From Octopus sinensis (lineage: Eukaryota): a stretch of 64,000 nucleotides of DNA. The translations under genes and the position numbers were made by a program. Position 1 is the first letter of the stretch, and every line of letters starts with the position of its first letter. Positions 51,676 through 64,000 of this stretch are shown piece after piece. The notes under the pieces were generated by a model. That model was not told the origin of the DNA and searched no databases. It saw only the letters and a list, made by a program, of their open reading frames with translations. The stretch is from contig NC_043026.1 in the NCBI RefSeq assembly GCF_006345805.1, positions 5,146,001 to 5,210,000 of the forward strand. Reading direction: 5' to 3'.

Positions 51676-52021
51676 TATAACAATAATAATATAATAATAA
51701 AAATAATAATAATAACAATAACAATAATAATAATTGATAATAATAAAATAACAACAACAACACAATGATTAAAAAAATTCTTTTTTAAATGATTTCCAGT
51801 TTTGGCGCAAGGCCAGCAGTTAAGGAAGGGTCCAGTCTATTACACTGACCCCAGTACTCAACTAGTATTAATTATCGATCCAAGAGGATGAGAGGCTAAG
51901 TCAACCTTGGTGGAATTTGAACTCAGAATGTAAAGATGGACAAAATGCCGCTCAACATTTTTGCTTTGCTTCCTCACAATTCTGCCAGCACGTCACAGTA
52001 ATTATAATGATAATGATAATA

Positions 52022-52054
<33 letters not shown>

Positions 52055-52500
52055 TAATAATAATAATAATATTAATAATAATATAATAATAATAATAAGA
52101 AGAAGAAGAATGCTTTCTTACAATAGGCACAAGGCCTGAAATTTGGGGTGAGGGGACTAGTAAATTACATCGCCTCCAGTGCATAGCTGGAACTTATTGA
52201 ATCGACGCCAAAAGGATGAAAGGCAAAGTTGACCTTGGTGGAATTTGAACTCAGAATGTAGTGGCAGATGAGTCGTAATAATAATAATAATAATGGCTTT
52301 AAATTTTAACAGAAGCCCAGAAAGTTCTGGAGAGCAGGTAAATTGATTACATCGACCCCAGAACTCAAAAGGTACTTATTTTATTGACCCCGAAAGGATG
52401 AAGGTTGATGTCTGCAAAATTTGCACGGAGAACGTAAAGGCAAACAAATAGCTGCCTAGCATTTTTCCCAGCATGCTAACGATTCTGCCAGCTCACCACC
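50575..52500 (-). mobile_element. Five same-orientation family-B SINE copies separated by (AAT)n tracts
   Basis: Reversed family B landmarks (ggtggaatttgaactcagaat, attctgcc) near 50680, 51125, 51910, 52240 and 52420. Confidence 0.75.
50775..52100. repeat. Extended, partly degraded (AAT)n tracts with a ~790-bp tandem duplication
   Basis: 50940-51240 is repeated at 51730-52030. Confidence 0.9.
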
Positions 52501-53237
52501 CAAATAATAGTAATAGTAATTAATAATAATAATAGTAATTAATAATAATGATAACAACCCTTCCTTTCCTATTTTATATCCTTCATATGTCCTTCTCTTC
52601 TTTTACTTTCTTCTCTCTCTCTTTCTCTCATTCCCTCTCTCCTTTTCAATATCAACTTCAACATTTTATTTCCCTTTTACATAAACATGTATATATTATG
52701 TGTGTGTATTTATATAGTGTACGTGTATATATGTATATATATTCTTTTATTCTTGCACTTGTTTCTGTCATTTCACTGTGGCCATACTGGAGCACTGCCT
52801 TTAGTCAAACAAATTGACCCCATGACCTATTCTTTGTAAGCCTAGTACTTATTCTATTGGTGTCTTTTGCTGAACTTTTAAGTTACAGGGATGTAAACAC
52901 ACCAAGCAATGTTAGTGGGACAAAAATAAAGACACAATTACGTACCTATTTGATTTCTTAGCTTATATTTCTGTAAAATTGATTTAGAAATTTTGAATTT
53001 TCCATGCAAACTAAAATCTAAACTTTTTGTCATTAAATATAATTTACATTTTCTTTCTTTAGAATTCATCAAATATTTTTTGAAATTGTTCAAAAAATAT
53101 AAACTTTCTCTTCTTGTAAAAGTATTGAAATCCTGGACACATTTTTATAGTTTATAAAATGGTTGGAGGAAATTAGCACAAACGTGAAGAGTGTGTGTAT
53201 ATATGTATGTATACAAGTGTGTATCTCTCTCTCTCTC

Positions 53238-53274
<37 letters not shown>

Positions 53275-53758
53275 TTTCCATGATTTAATCATTAGTACTT
53301 ACTGTTTAATTAAAATATCAACTTCATTTCCTAATTTAGCTGATCCACAAATAGATTCGGTTAAAATATTTACCGGACTTAAAAAGAAATGTTGGTGCTA
53401 ATACAATCAGCTAAATACATAAAGGCAATGCTCCAGCATGGCCCTGGTTCAATAACTAAAGGAGTAAAACACATCAGCCACACATTACATACATAACTTG
53501 AAATCTCTACTTCACCACGACCACCACCATTTAGTCTGTTAACCTATCTCTATAAATGACACACCCTCTCTTCAATTATTATTCATGTCTTTCTCATTCA
53601 CAAATCTACACTTTAAAAAAAAACATCACTATTCTATTTCTCAACCAAGCTGATAATTCCACAGAAATCTCCAAGAATATTTCTAAATTTACCAAATTAT
53701 AACATAGATTATTCCTTCAAATACAATATTTAAATGTAATTTATAAAAATATATCAAA

Positions 53759-54031
53759 ACTGCCTGAAAATAAAACAAATTCCAATATAAAAGTTTATGC
53801 TTCAAATAGTTCTAATGAAGCTTTAACGAAGTGTATTGGTAAATTGCGTATTAAATAAAATAATTACCTGGATTACTTGTGTTGAGGTGTTTATTCTAGC
53901 CTGAAGACTTTGTCTCTCTCAGAAATATTGTGCAAGAGTGGCAATGGTTTGGCTAGTGTGCTGCACTTAAAGCTATATTTATAATCTACCAGGAAGAAGT
54001 TTCTAGATACCTGGTGGGTGTTACCTTGTCA
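53759..54031 (-). repeat. Direct duplication copy 1 containing a candidate 104-nt GT-AG intron (53764-53867) and a non-coding exon
   Basis: ~98% identical to 55618-55888. Minus strand has donor CCAG|gtaatt and acceptor ttgttttattttcag|GCAGT. Confidence 0.65.
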
Positions 54032-54179
54032 AACCATGTCGAAGCTGATCATCTAGAGCACCTGACAGTTTACGAGTACCACTACCACCAGAAAATATTT
54101 CATCTGAAGAGTCAACAAGTAGCAGAAGCCAAGAAATGGTGGAAGCTTTCGTACCATGAACGACTTCAGAGCCTCACCT

Positions 54180-54760
54180 TCCAAATCAGAGTGAGCTAGA
54201 TGATTTAATCAGGGATCTGGGTCTTACTAAGTCAGGAGTTGAACTTGTTTCATCAAGGTTGAAGGAATGGAATCTACTGGGGGAAGACTGCAAGACATCT
54301 GTGAACTGGAAATGCCATGAAGTGGGGATCATGGTGAGAGATTTCATCAGGACGTTGCAACTATGGAAAGAAGATACCAAGGATGATGGGATACTTCTAT
54401 GATGGGAGATTATATATGGTCTCTAGTCAGAAGAGATGAAGGTATACACTCTAGAAAATCTCGATCGTCAAAGCACTTCTCATCTTAAGAAAAGAGTTAT
54501 CAAGGCATTTACAGTGCAGAGTTTTATTGTTTCTTTTTGTTGTAACTAATATTATACTTCCTAAATACTTTTCAATAAATGAAAAATTACTGAATGTTGT
54601 GTAATTATCCTTACAATACTAGAATAGATTGAACCAACAAAGTGCTGTAGAGAAAAGTTACAAATATAACGAGCAAATATGAAATTAGGAATAAATAAAT
54701 AACTATCAATGTTAGGTAAAAATGAATGTGATTTTTGAATTTAGTGGCAAAAAATGCTTA
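54180..54760 (+). mobile_element. Chapaev-like DNA transposon remnant, internally deleted
   Basis: QSELDDLIRDLGLTKSGVELVSSRLKEWNLL joined to HGERFHQDVATMERRYQG; I recognise both as Chapaev-type transposase motifs. Confidence 0.55.
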
Positions 54761-55617
54761 TATGAACATTAAAAAGTACAAATAAACAAAACATGTGTTA
54801 CATTGTGTTAGTAGAGTCGTTAGAACGTTGGACTTAGACACAAACTTAATCAGGCTATAAATTTGTTTTTTACTTATTTTGCTTTCTTTCTTTTTGTGGA
54901 AAAATCCGATCCTCAATATTGAAATTTGTATACATATATAGCTACACACACACACTAACTTGTGGTATTTATACAAACTCTTTGTCTACTGAGTTCAAAT
55001 CCTGCCGAGATTAATTTTGATTTTTTATTATGCAGGGGTCGATAATTAAAATGCCAGTCTGAGGTGGTGGTCTGATGGATTTATATATTTGACAAGATGC
55101 CTTGTAGTATTTAATGTGGTTCTTTGTGATCTGAGTTCAAATCCTTTTGTTGCCTCCCTGGGTTGCAGACTTAATCTATCACCTTTTTCAACACCATCAC
55201 CTGGCCCTTGAGATGCTTTTTAGGAGAGGATTTCTCTGTTGTATGCATTCATGTTAGGTCTCTTGTTTTGAGAATGTCTATCTTCCATTCACCACTTTTG
55301 AAGACCCTGGAAATATAAAGGACCATCGGCAGGGCCCTTCTCCCTTGCTAAGCTTTTAAAAAATTAAGTTTACAAAAAGCTAATAATTTAACAGCCATAA
55401 AATTTACAAATTTTATATTTCACTTGAGAATTAGAAATCCACTGTAAACTACCTAAAATTGTGTATCCTTAGATGAACATATCCATTCCTCTAATTTCCA
55501 TTAAATAGTTTTGACATAGTCATAACCAAACTATACTTTATTTTATATTCTGGAAATGAAAATGTTTATTTGTAATGTAACAGTGTAAAGTCTTTGAAAA
55601 GTTTCTTGTCTAAAAAT

Positions 55618-55888
55618 ACTGCCTGAAAATAAAACAAATTCCAATATAAAAGTTTATGCTTCAAATAGTTCTAATGAAGCTTTAACGAAGTGTATTGGTA
55701 AATTGCGTATTAAATAAAATAATTACCTGGATTACTTGTGTTGAGGTGTTTATTCTAGCCTGAAGACTGTCTCTCTCAGAAATATCATGCAAGAGTGGCA
55801 ATGGTTTGGCTAGTATACTGCACTTAAAGCTATATTTATAATCTACCAGGAAGAAGTTTCTAGATACCTGGTGGGTGTTACCTTGTCA
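55618..55888 (-). repeat. Direct duplication copy 2 (candidate intron 55623-55726)
   Basis: Differs from copy 1 by one 2-nt indel and four substitutions by eye; splice motifs are conserved. Confidence 0.65.
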
Positions 55889-56394
55889 TGGGTATGTATC
55901 TTGGTTTAAAAGTATGTGTCTGTTGTAGTGTATAGGTATGTGTGTGTATATGTTGGTGTGTTGTAGTATATGTTAGCCAGATTACATCGACACGCCTATC
56001 TCAGATTAACACAGACTGTATGAATGACACCCTCTCCCCACCTCCCATCCAATTCTATATTCTTTCTTTCTCTCTTTACATCCTCTCCAACATGGCCACC
56101 ACCACCACCTCTCCATGCATTTCCATTCAAGTGTTTCATGTTTCTGAACCAATCATATTCACTTATTTTGCCTTCTTTCTTTATATGGAAAAATCCCATC
56201 CTCAACATTTAAATTTGTATACATACATATATAGCTACACACACACACATGTACATATATATACATATAAACATGTACCTACAAACACACCCATATACAT
56301 ACACACATACAGGCATACCTTTTCCAATGAGTTGTAGTGACCCTAACATCGTATACAATAAGCCCATTATAGTTATTATTATTATTATAATTAA

Positions 56395-56600
56395 TAAGAA
56401 TCGTTAGCATACAGGGCAAAATGCTTAGTGGTATTTCACTTGTCACTACGTTCCAAGTTCAAATTCCACCGAGGCCGACTTTGGTTTCATCTTCCCAGGG
56501 TCAATAAAACAAGTATCATTTGAGTACTGAGGCCGATGTAGTCGACCGTCCGCTTCCCTACGAAATGTCAGGCCTTGTGCCTTTAGAAGAAAGGACTGTT
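56395..56600 (+). mobile_element. SINE family B copy
   Basis: aatcgttagc...aaaatgcttagtggtatttc...gttcaaattccaccgagg. Confidence 0.7.
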
Positions 56601-57435
56601 ATTTGTGCAGTGAATGACTTCATCGTTAATGTGTCGGACATTGAACGAAGCAAGGAAGGAGAATGCTTTAGAGTAGCTAACCCTGATAGAAATAACAGCC
56701 AAATCTCCTTCTAGTCAGATTCTATTGTTATAGGAATGTATATATGTATGTATTGAGCCAATGACCGAGAGCTCTGTATGGCTGTTAAATCACAAGAATT
56801 CTTCTATTTTGATCTGAGCTTTGTGTACTAAAGATCTTTAAAGTTTGATATTTTCTAAATCCCTAAGTTCCGCACATTTGGTAACATTGGCTGCATCTCT
56901 TTTCATTTCTTGTGTTAGCATTTTATCTGCCATAAGGGATCAGATAGGAGCCCTTTAATTGGTTTGGAGAGAGTGATATACTGATAATTAAATATCCTTA
57001 AATACACCACACACACACTGTCCATATACATATATCTATGTATGTGTGTCTATATATCTGGATGTGTGTGTGTATATATCTCCATACGTTACTGTATATA
57101 ATAGCAAATTATTCCTCACAATTTTTTCTTGTAAAATGTCTGTTTTCTACTGAAAAATATTCTATTTCAACAGACATTCTTTGTTTCAGAAAACAAAACC
57201 TAAGAAAAACCAATGTATATATAATCCCTCTCATCAATGTATATATGTGTGTGTATATAAATGTATGAATGTGTGTCTGTATGTATGTAGGTCAGTAAGC
57301 ATATCTATGTATGTATGTATGCAGGGGTGAGTATGTGCATGCATCTGTAGCTGTATATATGTGTGTATGTGCATATTAAGTATATGTATAGATATATGTA
57401 GTCAGTATATATACAAAGGTAAGTATATATATAAA

Positions 57436-57483
<48 letters not shown>

Positions 57484-57497
57484 GTATATATATATAC

Positions 57498-57531
<34 letters not shown>

Positions 57532-57535
57532 GTGT

Positions 57536-57566
<31 letters not shown>

Positions 57567-57581
57567 CGTGTATATATAAAC

Positions 57582-57617
<36 letters not shown>

Positions 57618-57999
57618 ATATATGTATGTATATCTGCTGAGCTGGCAGAATCGTTAGTACACCAGGCAAAATGCTTAGCAGTGTTTTCATCTGACTTTAT
57701 GTTCTGAGTTCTAATTCCATGGAGATTCGCATTCAGGGACGATGGCCACTGGGACTGATGCAATCAAAACTGGAGCATTCCACGAATCTGCTGGCCTTGT
57801 GCCAAAATTTGAATCCAATATTTATAGATGTATATATAATAGTGCACATATTTATACACAAAAGAGGTGACCTTTAACAGGACACCTTACGTGCTAGAGA
57901 GGGCAGTTAAAGCCCAAACTACAAGAGTAATTTCAAAGGGAACTCGAGTTTCTCTATTACTGTGCAAATAAATTAATTTCCCCAAATGGAAATTGTTGT

Positions 58000-58303
58000 T
58001 AAGATACCTGTGCCGGTGACATGTTAAAAGTACCGTCCGAACGTGGCCTGACTGGCGTTTGTGTCGGTGACACGTAAAAGCACCAACCAATCGTGGCCGT
58101 TTGCCAGCCTCCTCTTGCCCCTGTGCCGGTGGCACGTAAAAAGCACCCACTACACACACGGAGTGGTTGGCTTTAGGAAGGGCATCTAGCTGTAGAAACG
58201 CTGCCAGATCAGACTGGGGCCTGGTGAAGTCTTCTGGCTTCCCAGACCCTGGTTGAACTGTCCAACCCATGCTAGCATGGAAAATGGACGTTAAACGATG
58301 ATG
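58000..58303 (+). mobile_element. RTE 3' UTR/tail fragment
   Basis: Tandem gtgccggtggcacgtaaaaagcacc units and a tail ending aaacgatgatgat. Confidence 0.75.
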
Positions 58304-61300
58304 ATTTGTGGTTGGGTATATATGTGTGTGTGTGTATATATATATATATATGATGTATATGTATTATATAAATATATATATATATACATATACACACATA
58401 CATACAGTCACACCCTTTACACCCATGCCTTCCCCCAATACAATCTGGTCCTCCACCCTATCTCAACACTTTCCTTTCCTCCTACTTCATGCCCCTCCAC
58501 TCTCCCTCATATGCCTCCTCACACACATTCACTCTCAATGCCCTCACAGACGTACCATTGTCCCCTTAGACACTCCTGTATCTCTCACCCTCTTAGGGAT
58601 CACCCCTCTCTCTTCTCTCTATCCACACACCCTGTACAGTCTTCTGAACCCCTTCATTATACAGATGCTCCTACTTCTTTGTGCACTCACTCTGCCTATT
58701 CTGAATATGATCCTATTTAAGAAGAGAGGAGGGGAGTGAAAAGTAACGCTCTCTTTCTGTAGAGAGACTGTCCAACTGTCTGTCTCGCATCCAATCACAC
58801 AAACAGGTATATGGTTCAAATTCACAGGAAACAAAAGACAGGTGTAGGAACAAGGAACACATGTTTTAGTTAAAAGCTCGAGAATGGACAAGTTTATTCT
58901 ATATTATTTACATAAATATATATATGTATATATGTACATATATATATGTGTATATATATATATATACAAATTGAGATAGGGGTTGTAAATGCAACCCTCC
59001 ATGGGATAACATATATCCAATATACTGCTATTTACTTATATTTATATTCTCTTATACATATTGTATTTATTGTATCACATTACTCCTTTATGTACACTGT
59101 TTTGTTCTATATTATTATGTTTGACCTTAAAGTTTCTTATGTGGTGGTTTAATAAAGTATGTGATTGGGTATTATCTGGAAATTGATATTTGATTTGGAT
59201 GTATTTCTCCATTTTCTTATTTTGTATATATATATATATATATTTACCTATATATGATTGTTTGTATGTATATATACATTTATGCACATAATGCAAGCTA
59301 ATTAATTAGTGAGAGAGTGTAACGCAGTGCCCATAACTTACTCACTGCCCCAAAACCTAATAATTACGTGAGCAGAATGGTAACAACGTATTACTGGTAT
59401 TTAATGTTTTTCACTGTCTGGCGAGATGCTGTGTAAAGTTAGTCTAAATAGTATGTCATGGCTGGAATGTCTTGGCTTCTAGATTTGATGGATCAGGGTT
59501 GAGTTGGGGCTAAACTGCTATAACCACAATAATACGATCCTCTCCCTCCGACAGGCACCATGACCACCACCACTAGCATGGACTATTAGAGAAAGTAGGT
59601 AAACCTCACCCAAATCACATGTGGAACAATAAATTTGTAGCTGGCATTCACTGACTTGATCAACAAGCTTGGGGGAAATGACATGACAGCAACAACAACA
59701 CCAACAATATCACACACACACACACACACCACCACCACCACCACAACCATGAAGACCAAAAAAAGAAAATTAAATTCATGATGTATAAAAGGTTAAAGAA
59801 TGTTAGAGCTGTTAGAAATAGCAGCCAAATCCCCTTCCAACAACACCATTGTGTCTTAACATAACTTCATACATATTTATGTATGTGACCAGTGACAGTT
59901 GAATTGTACATGAGGGCTAGAGCTGTTAGAAATAGCAGCCAAATGCCCCTCCAACCTACTGAAATTAACTGCAGTTTATAAATTCTATGGCTGTCTTTCA
60001 ACAAATGAACAACAGGTCCATTTAACTGCAGCACTTCATATGCTAGAAACAACAGCAAGACTTTAGCAAACATGTATATGAAGACAGAGGGAGCAATTTT
60101 GATGTAATCACCCCAAACAAACCCTCATAACTTTTTCCTTTTTGTGAATTTTTAGAAGAGTTTTGTAAATTTGTTCTAAACACAGGAATTGATACAGTTA
60201 TGCAAAAGTGAAAAGAAAAGATAGTTTTTGTGCTTTTTAAGGGCTATTTAGCTGTTATTTTTAGCATATCGCATGACCACTTGATACCCTCCTTGTTTGT
60301 TTCTCACTCTTACATATTGATGTTTTCATTATCTTTCAATAAATTCATTTAATGGTCTTTTGATGGGATTTAAGCACAAAGTCCAGACTGTCCATTTTTT
60401 TAATTTCAAAATATTAAAACAGAATTTCCTGGAAATTGAAAAAAAACAAAACTGTTATGAGTGATTATATGGGATGCTTCAATCAGAATTCCGACATGGA
60501 CAAAATATAGAAAGAAGCAGAAAGAAAAATATTTAAATATCTCATGTATCAATGCTTAATGGACACTAGACCTGCAGCAAGAAATAGCAGCCAAGTCTCC
60601 CTAAATCACAGACCTGTCTCTCTGTGTGTCTGTCTATCTATTATCAGCTCTTCTTCACAGCATTTTAGGATCAGATACCTTCCTTGCAACCCTCATCCGT
60701 ATAGACATTCAGTCCCAGGGCACCCACAGAGGCACCATTTTCTACCATACACATATATGATTATTCTTTGTCTGTTGGCACAAGGCCTGGAATTCTAGTA
60801 GAGGCAGCCAATTGACTCCATCGACCCTGCGTGTGAACGATTCTTCCACCTCACCGGCTTATACACATACACATACTGTAACATCTCTCTCTCTCTCTGT
60901 CACTCTCTCCTTCTCTATCTTTCTATTCATCTATTAATTATGTAATAATTCTCATTTAACATTTAGCACAAGGACTGCAATTATTGTGAGCACCTAATCG
61001 ATTACATTGACCCTATTACTTGATTTGTGCTCAATTCATGAGCCTGGAACGATTGGATGCAAAGCTACCCTCACCAGAATTTGAACTCACAATGTGAAAC
61101 TACGAAATGGTGTGAAGCATTTCCTCTGCCGTGTGAGGGATTCTGCCAACACGCTGCCTTATGAACACACACACACACACACACACACATACTATAACTA
61201 CAATAATATATATCATATATAGTTATATTAATACATATATGCTTCTAGAAATAGCAGTCAAATCTCCTAAAATCACACACCATGCTGTGTTATGTCTGAA

Positions 61301-61989
61301 GAAATTAACTGCATTGTAGGAAGGCTCGTTGGAATTACCAGCCAATTAAAGCTCTAATTACAGAGTAATTTCTAATGCATGTATATATGAGGTCATACAG
61401 GATCTCTATCTGGTAGCTAGATCACTTTTAGTAAATGTTGATTAAACCCCTCCCCTTAAAATTTCTAGCATTCTCCATAAATCAGGAAAAAAAAATCTAT
61501 TCTTTATGAGGGCAGGGAGTCGCTTTTTGTATATCTGTGTATATAGTTGTATTGATATTTTCTCTTGTAGAAATAGCAGTCAAATCCCTTTAAATCACAC
61601 ATTATATTGAAATATTAGCATTGTGACTCGGCTTGTTAGAAATAATATCCAAATCTCCCTCTGAAATTAAACATAGGAGATGAAAGAGAGAGAGAGAGCA
61701 GAATGAGAGAGAAAAGAGTGAGAGAGGGAGGAGGACATATAATGATTGAGTGAGAAAGAAGGAGGGATCGCTGGAATAAATACAAGGCTTAACAAAAATA
61801 TGAGGGGTGTTCATTAAAGATGTTCCCTCACCCACCCACTTCCAGTTATTGCAGGAAACGGAACTTGTACAGGTATAATCATACATGTCTCCCCATGTCC
61901 CATTGTAAATTGCAGCTTTCCACTCGGATTCGTTTGTCTTTTGCGGCTGCTGAAGTGGACTAAGCTGTTATAATGGAGGCAGTTGAATG

Positions 61990-62960
61990 CAGATCAGGGA
62001 TCAGGTTCTTATACTTGGAAGGTCATACACCAAATGGGACTTTTGATGAGACGAAAGAAGCACTTATGGTGACGATGCACCATCATACAACATAGTCAAG
62101 CACTGGCATCACCTGTTCAAATGGGGCTGGACATTGGTGGAAACTGTTGGACAACCACATTCTGCCATTGATGATGATGCCATCCATAAAGTGGAAGCTG
62201 CCATTTTGGAGGATCACCACAGAACTTTATGGCAACTAACCCAAAAAGTGAAGATAAGCTTAGGATCTGTGGGAAAAAACTCATTTACAACCATTTGTAC
62301 ATGTTATCAGCACAATGGATTCCCCAGATGCTCACATCTTTTCAAAAGCAGGAATGGGTCAATTGTTCCAAGGCCCTTTTGGCAATGTGTCAAGAAAATG
62401 AGGAGGATTTTTTCAGCAGACCTATCACACAGGATGAAGCGTGGGTCCATCACTATGGTCCTGAGACTAAAGTCCAGTCAAAACAATGGAAGTATGATAA
62501 CTCATCACCTCCAAAGAAGGGTCGCGTCCAGCCCTGACCAGGCAAGGTGATGCTCAATCTTTTTGGACCAGCACAGATTAGTGATGATGGATTTTCTGGC
62601 AAAGGGCTCCACAATTAATGGGGCACATCATGCTTCTCTGCCGCAGAAATTGCAGGATGCCATCAAAGCAGAGAAGCATGGCATGCTGACCAAAGGAGTC
62701 TGCTTCCTCAAAGACAACAACTCAGTTCACAAAACACATGTTGCCCAGATGAAAGCACACTCCTGTGGCTATGAAATCCTTACTCTCCTGACCTCGCACC
62801 ATCTGACTTCCACCTCTTTCCAGCCATGAAATCTTTTTTGAAGGGGAAGAAATTTTCAGATGACAAACTTATTTCTGAAGTAAAGCCTTGACTCTAGATG
62901 CAGCCTACCAACTTCTACAGATGAGGGATACACAACTGCATAAAAGAGACAGGAGAAGTG
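61990..62960 (+). mobile_element. Mariner (DD34D-type) transposase pseudogene
   Basis: HTH-like GDDAPSYNIVKHW, QWIPQML, ITQDEAWVHHY, LKDNNSVH and DLAPSDFHLFP motifs across frameshifts. Confidence 0.8.
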
Positions 62961-62999
62961 TGACACCACTTCTGGAGGACAACTGAAGGTTCCTATGGG

Positions 63000-63890
63000 A
63001 CAACCTGTTGCGGGTTACTGACCAGATCTGTGGCTGATGCAAAGGCCCACTTGATCTAAGGTGGCATGGTGGTGGAACAATGTAGTTGACATGGTCATTA
63101 GGAAAAAGAAACAGGCATGGAAGGACTGGAAGTGTGGTGGAAGCAGGGAACTGTATCAGATCGCCAGAAGGGAAGCTAGGAGACAGGTTTACTTAGCCAG
63201 AAGGGAAGCAGGTAAGAATAAAAATTTGCCAATGTTCTTTCTTGTGTGGACCAGAGACTCAAAGTGTTTCATATTGCAAGACAGTGTGTGAGAGAGAATT
63301 GTGATGTCAAAAGAGAGAAATGTGTCTGCATGGATGATGGGTCACTTGCATTTAATGATGCTGCAAAGAGAGAGACTTGGAGATGCCACTATAAATGGTT
63401 CCTGAATGGAAAAAAGTGTGCCAAATGTTGACCTAACAGAGGGATCAGCTATTCAAATTGACAGTACCTTGGTAGATAAAGCAATTAAGGGTATGGAAGC
63501 AGGGAAAGCTCCTGCCTCATTAGGAATCACTGCTGTGATGCTTAAAATATCTGGTGGTGTAGGCTGTAGTCTAGTCACATGTATAGTCAAGCAGGTGATG
63601 TGCAAAGGGGTCATACCCAATGACTGGTGTTGCAGCACCATAATCAATTGCTACAAAGGTAAAGGTGATGCATTAGACAAAACTAATTACAGAGGTATGA
63701 AATTGTTGGACCAGGTGATGAAAGCCACGGAGAGGGACATAGCCCAACTAAATAGGGAGTGAGTTAGTTTAGATGAGATGCAGTTTGGGTTTGTGCCAGG
63801 GAGAAGCACTATTGATGTTATATTTCTGGTAAGACAGCTGCAGGAGAAATACCTAGTTAAAGATAGTCTCCATACATGGCATTCATTGAC
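63000..63890 (+). mobile_element. RTE LINE ORF fragment (pre-RT and RT start)
   Basis: WWWNNVVD, GKAPASLG, NYRGMKLLDQV, QFGFVPGRST motifs. Confidence 0.8.
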
Positions 63891-64000
63891 AAGGAGCCAT
63901 ATATTTTTTTATTGAACTTAAAACATTTGACCCTTTAAATTAACTTTGGTACTCGCAGCTATCAGGTGACATTTTTTTCATCTGGTCATAGTTTTCAGGA

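Noticed and set aside
55996-56208. 70-aa minus-strand ORF with a GGGGG tract, compositionally like the propeller linkers
   Set aside because: No alignment to the propeller gene and no clear splice sites; the similarity is explained by purine-rich low complexity.

Overview
Repeat-dense, AT-rich animal genomic DNA, not prokaryotic: no operons, CRISPR arrays or rRNA. The mix of tRNA-headed SINEs, RTE/CR1/Tx1 LINE remnants, Tc1-mariner/maT/Chapaev-like DNA-transposon remnants, MITEs and very dense microsatellites looks like a coleoid cephalopod (octopus-type) genome; this is inference, not checked by search. Most ORF-track entries are microsatellite or decayed-TE translations. The one convincing host gene is a minus-strand, apparently single coding exon at 40434-45712. 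It has a splice acceptor 7 nt before a strong-Kozak ATG and encodes about 1759 aa once a 1-nt frameshift at ~41915 is repaired. The product is a short helical N-terminus followed by six tandem, diverged NHL/six-bladed beta-propeller-like units of ~265 aa, with no RING, B-box or signal peptide. An inverted 602-nt partial copy at 15475-16076 has the intact frame, and it is a mosaic of a ~88%-identical part and a >99%-identical part. A duplicated candidate 5'-UTR exon/104-nt intron module lies 8-10 kb upstream. Other notable elements are a near-intact but 3'-truncated chimeric Tx1-like LINE, several fold-back elements, a degenerate hammerhead-like motif in a Penelope-like remnant, and signs of long-read indel noise that affect how the frameshifts should be read.
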